DNA of 64,000 bases, taken from Balanoglossus misakiensis (taxonomy: Eukaryota; Animalia; Hemichordata). The stretch lies in NCBI GenBank assembly GCA_040954595.2, contig CM082588.2, forward strand, positions 1,043,835 through 1,107,834, in the 5' to 3' direction. Positions 49,215 to 61,200 of this stretch are shown piece after piece (positions within the stretch are counted from its first letter, which is position 1; every line of letters begins with the position of its first letter). The position numbers were made by a program, and so were the translations under genes. The notes beneath the pieces were generated by a model. It was not told the DNA's origin. It saw only the letters and a program-made list of their open reading frames with translations, and made no database searches.

Positions 49215-52200
49215 AACCCATGGTTTTTATCGAAAAACCACCAAATTTTGAAATTTCGCGAACTCGAAAAATTGACATTTCTGGAAGATTTTCATGAGCT
49301 ATAACCCATGGTTTTTGTCGAAAAACCACCAAATTTTGAAATTTCGCGAACTCGAAAAATTGACATTTCTGGATGATTTTCATGAGCTATAACCCATGGT
49401 TTTTGTCGAAAAACCACCAAATTTTGAAATTTCGCGAACTCGAAAAATTGACATTTCTGGATGATTTTCATGAGCTATAACCCATGGTTTTTGTCGAAAA
49501 ACCACCAAATTTTGAAATTTCGCGAACTCGAAAAATTGACATTTCTGGATGATTTTCATGAGCTATAACCCATGGTTTTTGTCGAAAAACCACCAAATTT
49601 TGAAATTTCGCGAACTCGAAAAATTGACATTTCTGGATGATTTTCATGAGCTATAACCCATGGTTTTCGTCGAATAACCACCAAATTTTGAAAATTCGCG
49701 AACTCGAAAAATTGACATTTCTGGATGATTTTCATGAGCTATAACCCATGGCTTTTGTCGAAAAACCACCAAATTTTGAAAATTCGCGAACTCGAAAAAT
49801 TGACATTTCTGGATGATTTTCATGAGCTATAACCCATGGTTTTTGTCGAAAAACCACCAAATTTTGAAATTTCGCGAAGTCGAAAAATTGACATTTCTGG
49901 ATGATTTTCATGAGCTATAACCCATGGTTTTTGTCGAAAAACCACCAAATTTTGAAATTTCGCGAAGTCGAAAAATTGACATTTCTGGATGATTTTCATG
50001 AGCTATAACCCATGGTTTTTGTCGAAAAACCACCAAATTTTGAAATTTCGCGAAGTCGAAAAATTGACATTTCTGGATGATTTTCATGAGCTATAACCCA
50101 TGGTTTTTGTCGAAAAACCACCAAATTTTGAAATTTCGCGAACTCGAAAAATTGACATTTCTGGATGATTTTCATGAGCTATAACCCATGGTTTTTGTCG
50201 AAAAACCACCAAATTTTGAAATTTCGCGAACTCGAAAAATTGACATTTCTGGATGATTTTCATGAGCTATAACCCATGGTTTTTGTCGAAAAACCACCAA
50301 ATTTTGAAAATTCGCGAACTAAAAAGATTGACATTTCTGGATGATTTTCATGAGCTATAACCTATGGTTTTTGTCGAAAAACCACCAAATTTTGAAATTT
50401 CGCGAACTCGAAAAATTGACATTTCTGGATGATTTTCATGAGCTATAACCCATGGTTTTTGTCGAATAACCACCAAATTTTGAAAATTCGCGAACTCGAA
50501 AAATTGACATTTCTGGATGATTTTCATGAGCTATAACCCATGGCTTTTGTCGAAAAACCACCAAATTTTGAAAATTCGCGAACTCGAAAAATTGACATTT
50601 CTGGATGATTTTCATGAGCTATAACCCATGGTTTTTGTCGAAAAACCACCAAATTTTGAAATTTCGCGAAGTCGAAAAATTGACATTTCTGGATGATTTT
50701 CATGAGCTATAACCCATGGTTTTTGTCGAAAAACCACCAAATTTTGAAATTTCGCGAAGTCGAAAAATTGACATTTCTGGATGATTTTCATGAGCTATAA
50801 CCCATGGTTTTTGTCGAAAAACCACCAAATTTTGAAATTTCGCGAAGTCGAAAAATTGACATTTCTGGATGATTTTCATGAGCTATAACCCATGGTTTTT
50901 GTCGAAAAACCACCAAATTTTGAAATTTCGCGAACTCGAAAAATTGACATTTCTGGATGATTTTCATGAGCTATAACCCATGGTTTTTGTCGAAAAACCA
51001 CCAAATTTTGAAATTTCGCGAACTCGAAAAATTGACATTTCTGGATGATTTTCATGAGCTATAACCCATGGTTTTTGTCGAAAAACCACCAAATTTTGAA
51101 AATTCGCGAACTCAAAAAATTGACATTTCTGGATGATTTTCATGAGCTATAACCCATGGTTTTTGTCGAAAAACCACCAAATTTTGAAAATTCGCGAACT
51201 CGAAAAATTGACATTTCTGGATGATTTTCATGAGCTATAACCCATGGTTTTTGTCGAAAAACCACCAAATTTTGAAAATTCGCGAACTCGAAAAATTGAC
51301 ATTTCTGGATGATTTTCATGAGCTATAACCCATGGTTTTTGTCGAAAAACCACCAAATTTTGAAATTTCGCGAAGTCGAAAAATTGACATTTCTGGATGA
51401 TTTTCATGAGCTATAACCCATGGTTTTTGTCGAAAAACCACCAAATTTTGAAATTTCGCGAAGTCGAAAAATTGACATTTCTGGATGATTTTCATGAGCT
51501 ATAACCCATGGTTTTTGTCGAAAAACCACCAAATTTTGAAATTTCGCGAAGTCGAAAAATTGACATTTCTGGATGATTTTCATGAGCTATAACCCATGGT
51601 TTTTGTCGAAAAACCACCAAATTTTGAAATTTCGCGAAGTCGAAAAATTGACATTTCTGGATGATTTTCATGAGCTATAACCCATGGTTTTTGTCGAAAA
51701 ACCACCAAATTTTGAAATTTCGCGAACTCGAAAAATTGACATTTCTGGATGATTTTCATGAGCTATAACCCATGGTTTTTGTCGAAAAACCACCAAATTT
51801 TGAAATTTCGCGAACTCGAAAAATTGACATTTCTGGATGATTTTCATGAGCTATAACCCATGGTTTTTGTCGAAAAACCACCAAATTTTGAAATTTCGCG
51901 AACTCGAAAAATTGACATTTCTGGATGATTTTCATGAGCTATAACCCATGGTTTTTGTCGAAAAACCACCAAATTTTGAAATTTCGCGAACTCGAAAAAT
52001 TGACATTTCTGGATGATTTTCATGAGCTATAACCCATGGCTTTTGTCGAAAAACCACCAAATTTTGAAAATTCGCGAACTCGAAAAATTGACATTTCTGG
52101 ATGATTTTCATGAGCTATAACCCATGGTTTTTGTCGAAAAACCACCAAATTTTGAAAATTCGCGAACTCGAAAAATTGACATTTCTGGATGATTTTCATG

Positions 52201-55200
52201 AGCTATAACCCATGGTTTTTGTCGAAAAACCACCAAATTTTGAAAATTCGCGAAGTCGAAAAATTGACATTTCTGGATGATTTTCATGAGCTATAACCCA
52301 TGGTTTTTGTCGAAAAACCACCAAATTTTGAAATTTCGCGAAGTCGAAAAATTGACATTTCTGGATGATTTTCATGAGCTATAACCCATGGTTTTTGTCG
52401 AAAAACCACCAAATTTTGAAATTTCGCGAAGTCGAAAAATTGACATTTCTGGATGATTTTCATGAGCTATAACCCATGGTTTTTGTCGAAAAACCACCAA
52501 ATTTTGAAATTTCGCGAACTCGAAAAATTGACATTTCTGGATGATTTTCATGAGCTATAACCCATGGTTTTTGTCGAAAAACCACCAAATTTTGAAATTT
52601 CGCGAACTCGAAAAATTGACATTTCTGGATGATTTTCATGAGCTATAACCCATGGTTTTTGTCGAAAAACCACCAAATTTTGAAAATTCGCGAACTAAAA
52701 AATTGACATTTCTGGATGATTTTCATGAGCTATAACCCATGGTTTTTGTCGAAAAACCACCAAATTTTGAAAATTCGCGAACTCGAAAAATTGACATTTC
52801 TGGATGATTTTCATGAGCTATAACCCATGGTTTTTGTCGAAAAACCACCAAATTTTGAAATTTCGCGAAGTCGAAAAATTGACATTTCTGGATGATTTTC
52901 ATGAGCTATAACCCATGGTTTTTGTCGAAAAACCACCAAATTTTGAAATTTCGCGAAGTCGAAAAATTGACATTTCTGGATGATTTTCATGAGCTATAAC
53001 CCATGGTTTTTGTCGAAAAACCACCAAATTTTGAAATTTCGCGAACTCGAAAAATTGACATTTCTGGATGATTTTCATGAGCTATAACCCATGGTTTTTG
53101 TCGAAAAACCACCAAATTTTGAAATTTCGCGAACTCGAAAAATTGACATTTCTGGATGATTTTCATGAGCTATAACCCATGGTTTTTGTCGAAAAACCAC
53201 CAAATTTTGAAATTTCGCGAACTCGAAAAATTGACATTTCTGGATGATTTTCATGAGCTATAACCCATGGTTTTTGTCGAAAAACCACCAAATTTTGAAA
53301 TTTCGCGAACTCGAAAAATTGACATTTCTGGATGATTTTCATGAGCTATAACCCATGGCTTTTGTCGAAAAACCACCAAATTTTGAAAATTCGCGAACTC
53401 GAAAAATTGACATTTCTGGATGATTTTCATGAGCTATAACCCATGGTTTTTGTCGAAAAACCACCAAATTTTGAAAATTCGCGAACTCGAAAAATTGACA
53501 TTTCTGGATGATTTTCATGAGCTATAACCCATGGTTTTTGTCGAAAAACCACCAAATTTTGAAAATTCGCGAAGTCGAAAAATTGACATTTCTGGATGAT
53601 TTTCATGAGCTATAACCCATGGTTTTTGTCGAAAAACCACCAAATTTTGAAATTTCGCGAAGTCGAAAAATTGACATTTCTGGATGATTTTCATGAGCTA
53701 TAACCCATGGTTTTTGTCGAAAAACCACCAAATTTTGAAATTTCGCGAAGTCGAAAAATTGACATTTCTGGATGATTTTCATGAGCTATAACCCATGGTT
53801 TTTGTCGAAAAACCACCAAATTTTGAAATTTCGCGAACTCGAAAAATTGACATTTCTGGATGATTTTCATGAGCTATAACCCATGGTTTTTGTCGAAAAA
53901 CCACCAAATTTTGAAATTTCGCGAACTCGAAAAATTGACATTTCTGGATGATTTTCATGAGCTATAACCCATGGTTTTTGTCGAAAAACCACCAAATTTT
54001 GAAAATTCGCGAACTCGAAAAATTGACATTTCTGGATGATTTTCATGAGCTATAACCCATGGTTTTTGTCGAAAAACCACCAAATTTTGAAAATTCGCGA
54101 ACTCGAAAAATTGACATTTCTGGATGATTTTCATGAGCTATAACCCATGGTTTTTGTCGAAAAACCACCAAATTTTGAAAATTCGCGAACTCGAAAAATT
54201 GACATTTCTGGATGATTTTCATGAGCTATAACCCATGGTTTTTGTCGAAAAACCACCAAATTTTGAAATTTCGCGAAGTCGAAAAATTGACATTTCTGGA
54301 TGATTTTCATGAGCTATAACCCATGGTTTTTGTCGAAAAACCACCAAATTTTGAAATTTCGCGAAGTCGAAAAATTGACATTTCTGGATGATTTTCATGA
54401 GCTATAACCCATGGTTTTTGTCGAAAAACCACCAAATTTTGAAATTTCGCGAAGTCGAAAAATTGACATTTCTGGATGATTTTCATGAGCTATAACCCAT
54501 GGTTTTTGTCGAAAAACCACCAAATTTTGAAATTTCGCGAAGTCGAAAAATTGACATTTCTGGATGATTTTCATGAGCTATAACCCATGGTTTTTGTCGA
54601 AAAACCACCAAATTTTGAAATTTCGCGAAGTCGAAAAATTGACATTTCTGGATGATTTTCATGAGCTATAACCCATGGTTTTTGTCGAAAAACCACCAAA
54701 TTTTGAAATTTCGCGAAGTCGAAAAATTGACATTTCTGGATGATTTTCATGAGCTATAACCCATGGTTTTTGTCGAAAAACCACCAAATTTTGAAATTTC
54801 GCGAACTCGAAAAATTGACATTTCTGGATGATTTTCATGAGCTATAACCCATGGTTTTTGTCGAAAAACCACCAAATTTTGAAATTTCGCGAACTCGAAA
54901 AATTGACATTTCTGGATGATTTTCATGAGCTATAACCCATGGTTTTTGTCGAAAAACCACCAAATTTTGAAATTTCGCGAACTCGAAAAATTGACATTTC
55001 TGGATGATTTTCATGAGCTATAACCCATGGTTTTTGTCGAAAAACCACCAAATTTTGAAATTCGCGAACTCGAAAAATTGACATTTCTGGATGATTTTCA
55101 TGAGCTATAACCCATGGTTTTTGTCGAAAAACCACCAAATTTTGAAAATTCGCGAACTCGAAAAATTGACATTTCTGGATGATTTTCATGAGCTATAACC

Positions 55201-58200
55201 CATGGTTTTTGTCGAAAAACCACCAAATTTTGAAAATTCGCGAAGTCGAAAAATTGACATTTCTGGATGATTTTCATGAGCTATAACCCATGGTTTTTGT
55301 CGAAAAAACACCAAATTTTGAAAATTCGCGAAGTCGAAAAATTGACATTTCTGGATGATTTTCATGAGCTATAACCCATGGTTTTTGTCGAAAAACCACC
55401 AAATTTTGAAATTTCGCGAAGTCGAAAAATTGACATTTCTGGATGATTTTCATGAGCTATAACCCATGGTTTTTGTCGAAAAACCACCAAATTTTGAAAT
55501 TTCGCGAACTCGAAAAATTGACATTTCTGGATGATTTTCATGAGCTATAACCCATGGTTTTTGTCGAAAAACCACCAAATTTTGAAATTTCGCGAAGTCG
55601 AAAAATTGACATTTCTGGATGATTTTCATGAGCTATAACCCATGGTTTTTGTCGAAAAACCACCAAATTTTGAAATTTCGCGAACTCGAAAAATTGACAT
55701 TTCTGGATGATTTTCATGAGCTATAACCCATGGTTTTTGTCGAAAAACCACCAAATTTTGAAATTTCGCGAAGTCGAAAAATTGACATTTCTGGATGATT
55801 TTCATGAGCTATAACCCATGGTTTTTGTCGAAAAACCACCAAATTTTGAAATTTCGCGAAGTCGAAAAATTGACATTTCTGGATGATTTTCATGAGCTAT
55901 AACCCATGGTTTTTGTCGAAAAACCACCAAATTTTGAAATTTCGCGAAGTCGAAAAATTGACATTTCTGGATGATTTTCATGAGCTATAACCCATGGTTT
56001 TTGTCGAAAAACCACCAAATTTTGAAATTTCGCGAAGTCGAAAAATTGACATTTCTGGATGATTTTCATGAGCTATAACCCATGGTTTTTGTCGAAAAAC
56101 CACCAAATTTTGAAATTTCGCGAAGTCGAAAAATTGACATTTCTGGATGATTTTCATGAGCTATAACCCATGGTTTTTGTCGAAAAACCACCAAATTTTG
56201 AAATTTCGCGAAGTCGAAAAATTGACATTTCTGGATGATTTTCATGAGCTATAACCCATGGTTTTTGTCGAAAAACCACCAAATTTTGAAAATTCGCGAA
56301 CTCGAAAAATTGACATTTCTGGATGATTTTCATGAGCTATAACCCATGGTTTTTGTCGAAAAACCACCAAATTTTGAAATTTCGCGAAGTCGAAAAATTG
56401 ACATTTCTGGATGATTTTCATGAGCTATAACCCATGGTTTTTGTCGAAAAACCACCAAATTTTGAAATTTCGCGAAGTCGAAAAATTGACATTTCTGGAT
56501 GATTTTCATGAGCTATAACCCATGGTTTTTGTCGAAAAACCACCAAATTTTGAAATTTCGCGAAGTCGAAAAATTGACATTTCTGGATGATTTTCATGAG
56601 CTATAACCCATGGTTTTTGTCGAAAAACCACCAAATTTTGAAATTTCGCGAAGTCGAAAAATTGACATTTCTGGATGATTTTCATGAGCTATAACCCATG
56701 GTTTTTGTCGAAAAACCACCAAATTTTGAAATTTCGCGAACTCGAAAAATTGACATTTCTGGATGATTTTCATGAGCTATAACCCATGGTTTTTGTCGAA
56801 AAACCACCAAATTTTGAAATTTCGCGAACTCGAAAAATTGACATTTCTGGATGATTTTCATGAGCTATAACCCATGGTTTTTGTCGAAAAACCACCAAAT
56901 TTTGAAATTTCGCGAACTCGAAAAATTGACATTTCTGGATGATTTTCATGAGCTATAACCCATGGTTTTTGTCGAAAAACCACCAAATTTTGAAATTTCG
57001 CGAAGTCGAAAAATTGACATTTCTGGATGATTTTCATGAGCTATAACCCATGGTTTTTGTCGAAAAACCACCAAATTTTGAAATTTCGCGAAGTCGAAAA
57101 ATTGACATTTCTGGATGATTTTCATGAGCTATAACCCATGGTTTTTGTCGAAAAACCACCAAATTTTGAAATTTCGCGAAGTCGAAAAATTGACATTTCT
57201 GGATGATTTTCATGAGCTATAACCCATGGTTTTTGTCGAAAAACCACCAAATTTTGAAATTTCGCGAAGTCGAAAAATTGACATTTCTGGATGATTTTCA
57301 TGAGCTATAACCCATGGTTTTTGTCGAAAAACCACCAAATTTTGAAATTTCGCGAAGTCGAAAAATTGACATTTCTGGATGATTTTCATGAGCTATAACC
57401 CATGGTTTTTGTCGAAAAACCACCAAATTTTGAAATTTCGCGAAGTCGAAAAATTGACATTTCTGGATGATTTTCATGAGCTATAACCCATGGTTTTTGT
57501 CGAAAAACCACCAAATTTTGAAATTTCGCGAAGTCGAAAAATTGACATTTCTGGATGATTTTCATGAGCTATAACCCATGGTTTTTGTCGAAAAACCACC
57601 AAATTTTGAAATTTCGCGAACTCGAAAAATTGACATTTCTGGATGATTTTCATGAGCTATAACCCATGGTTTTTGTCGAAAAACCACCAAATTTTGAAAT
57701 TTCGCGAACTCGAAAAATTGACATTTCTGGATGATTTTCATGAGCTATAACCCATGGTTTTTGTCGAAAAACCACCAAATTTTGAAAATTCGCGAACTCG
57801 AAAAATTGACATTTCTGGATGATTTTCATGAGCTATAACCCATGGTTTTTGTCGAAAAACCACCAAATTTTGAAATTTCGCGAAGTCGAAAAATTGACAT
57901 TTCTGGATGATTTTCATGAGCTATAACCCATGGTTTTTGTCGAAAAACCACCAAATTTTGAAATTTCGCGAAGTCGAAAAATTGACATTTCTGGATGATT
58001 TTCATGAGCTATAACCCATGGTTTTTGTCAAAAAACCACCAAATTTTGAAATTTCGCGAAGTCGAAAAATTGACATTTCTGGATGATTTTCATGAGCTAT
58101 AACCCATGGTTTTTGTCGAAAAAGCACCAAATTTTGAAATTTCGCGAAGTCGAAAAATTGACATTTCTGGATGATTTTCATGAGCTATAACCCATGGTTT

Positions 58201-61200
58201 TTGTCGAAAAAGCACCAAATTTTGAAATTTCGCGAAGTCGAAAAATTGACATTTCTGGATGATTTTCATGAGCTATAACCCATGGTTTTTGTCGAAAAAG
58301 CACCAAATTTTGAAATTTCGCGAAGTCGAAAAATTGACATTTCTGGATGATTTTCATGAGCTATAACCCATGGTTTTTGTCAAAAAACCACCAAATTTTG
58401 AAATTTCGCGAAGTCGAAAAATTGACATTTCTGGATGATTTTCATGAGCTATAACCCATGGTTTTTGTCGAAAAACCACCAAATTTTGAAATTTCGCGAA
58501 GTCGAAAAATTGACATTTCTGGATGATTTTCATGAGCTATAACCCATGGTTTTTGTCGAAAAACCACCAAATTTTGAAATTTCGCGAAGTCGAAAAATTG
58601 ACATTTCTGGATGATTTTCATGAGCTATAACCCATGGTTTTTGTCGAAAAACCACCAAATTTTGAAATTTCGCGAAGTCGAAAAATTGACATTTCTGGAT
58701 GATTTTCATGAGCTATAACCCATGGTTTTTGTCGAAAAACCACCAAATTTTGAAATTTCGCGAAGTCGAAAAATTGACATTTCTGGATGATTTTCATGAG
58801 CTATAACCCATGGTTTTTGTCGAAAAACCACCAAATTTTGAAAATTCGCGAACTCGAAAAATTGACATTTCTGGATGATTTTCATGAGCTATAACCCATG
58901 GTTTTTGTCGAAAAACCACCAAATTTTGAAATTTCGCGAAGTCGAAAAATTGACATTTCTGGATGATTTTCATGAGCTATAACCCATGGTTTTTGTCGAA
59001 AAACCACCAAATTTTGAAATTTCGCGAAGTCGAAAAATTGACATTTCTGGATGATTTTCATGAGCTATAACCCATGGTTTTTGTCGAAAAACCACCAAAT
59101 TTTGAAATTTCGCGAAGTCGAAAAATTGACATTTCTGGATGATTTTCATGAGCTATAACCCATGGTTTTTGTCGAAAAACCACCAAATTTTGAAATTTCG
59201 CGAAGTCGAAAAATTGACATTTCTGGATGATTTTCATGAGCTATAACCCATGGTTTTTGTCGAAAAACCACCAAATTTTGAAATTTCGCGAAGTCGAAAA
59301 ATTGACATTTCTGGATGATTTTCATGAGCTATAACCCATGGTTTTTGTCGAAAAACCACCAAATTTTGAAATTTCGCGAAGTCGAAAAATTGACATTTCT
59401 GGATGATTTTCATGAGCTATAACCCATGGTTTTTGTCGAAAAACCACCAAATTTTGAAATTTCGCGAAGTCGAAAAATTGACATTTCTGGATGATTTTCA
59501 TGAGCTATAACCCATGGTTTTTGTCGAAAAACCACCAAATTTTGAAATTTCGCGAAGTCGAAAAATTGACATTTCTGGATGATTTTCATGAGCTATAACC
59601 CATGGTTTTTGTCGAAAAACCACCAAATTTTGAAATTTCGCGAAGTCGAAAAATTGACATTTCTGGATGATTTTCATGAGCTATAACCCATGGTTTTTGT
59701 CGAAAAACCACCAAATTTTGAAATTTCGCGAAGTCGAAAAATTGACATTTCTGGATGATTTTCATGAGCTATAACCCATGGTTTTTGTCGAAAAACCACC
59801 AAATTTTGAAATTTCGCGAAGTCGAAAAATTGACATTTCTGGATGATTTTCATGAGCTATAACCCATGGTTTTTGTCGAAAAACCACCAAATTTTGAAAT
59901 TTCGCGAAGTCGAAAAATTGACATTTCTGGATGATTTTCATGAGCTATAACCCATGGTTTTTGTCGAAAAACCACCAAATTTTGAAATTTCGCGAAGTCG
60001 AAAAATTGACATTTCTGGATGATTTTCATGAGCTATAACCCATGGTTTTTGTCGAAAAACCACCAAATTTTGAAATTTCGCGAAGTCGAAAAATTGACAT
60101 TTCTGGATGATTTTCATGAGCTATAACCCATGGTTTTTGTCGAAAAACCACCAAATTTTGAAATTTCGCGAAGTCGAAAAATTGACATTTCTGGATGATT
60201 TTCATGAGCTATAACCCATGGTTTTTGTCGAAAAACCACCAAATTTTGAAATTTCGCGAAGTCGAAAAATTGACATTTCTGGATGATTTTCATGAGCTAT
60301 AACCCATGGTTTTTGTCGAAAAACCACCAAATTTTGAAATTTCGCGAAGTCGAAAAATTGACATTTCTGGATGATTTTCATGAGCTATAACCCATGGTTT
60401 TTGTCGAAAAACCACCAAATTTTGAAATTTCGCGAAGTCGAAAAATTGACATTTCTGGATGATTTTCATGAGCTATAACCCATGGTTTTTGTCGAAAAAC
60501 CACCAAATTTTGAAATTTCGCGAAGTCGAAAAATTGACATTTCTGGATGATTTTCATGAGCTATAACCCATGGTTTTTGTCGAAAAACCACCAAATTTTG
60601 AAATTTCGCGAAGTCGAAAAATTGACATTTCTGGATGATTTTCATGAGCTATAACCCATGGTTTTTGTCGAAAAACCACCAAATTTTGAAATTTCGCGAA
60701 GTCGAAAAATTGACATTTCTGGATGATTTTCATGAGCTATAACCCATGGTTTTTGTCGAAAAACCACCAAATTTTGAAATTTCGCGAAGTCGAAAAATTG
60801 ACATTTCTGGATGATTTTCATGAGCTATAACCCATGGTTTTTGTCGAAAAACCACCAAATTTTGAAATTTCGCGAAGTCGAAAAATTGACATTTCTGGAT
60901 GATTTTCATGAGCTATAACCCATGGTTTTTGTCGAAAAACCACCAAATTTTGAAATTTCGCGAAGTCGAAAAATTGACATTTCTGGATGATTTTCATGAG
61001 CTATAACCCATGGTTTTTGTCGAAAAACCACCAAATTTTGAAATTTCGCGAAGTCGAAAAATTGACATTTCTGGATGATTTTCATGAGCTATAACCCATG
61101 GTTTTTGTCGAAAAACCACCAAATTTTGAAATTTCGCGAAGTCGAAAAATTGACATTTCTGGATGATTTTCATGAGCTATAACCCATGGTTTTTGTCGAA

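Noticed and set aside
49250-49275. CENP-B box in the monomer (TTTCGCGAA(G/C)TCGAAAA)
   Set aside because: It shares TTCG and a second CG, but the spacing and the essential A and CGGG positions of NTTCGNNNNANNCGGGN do not match.
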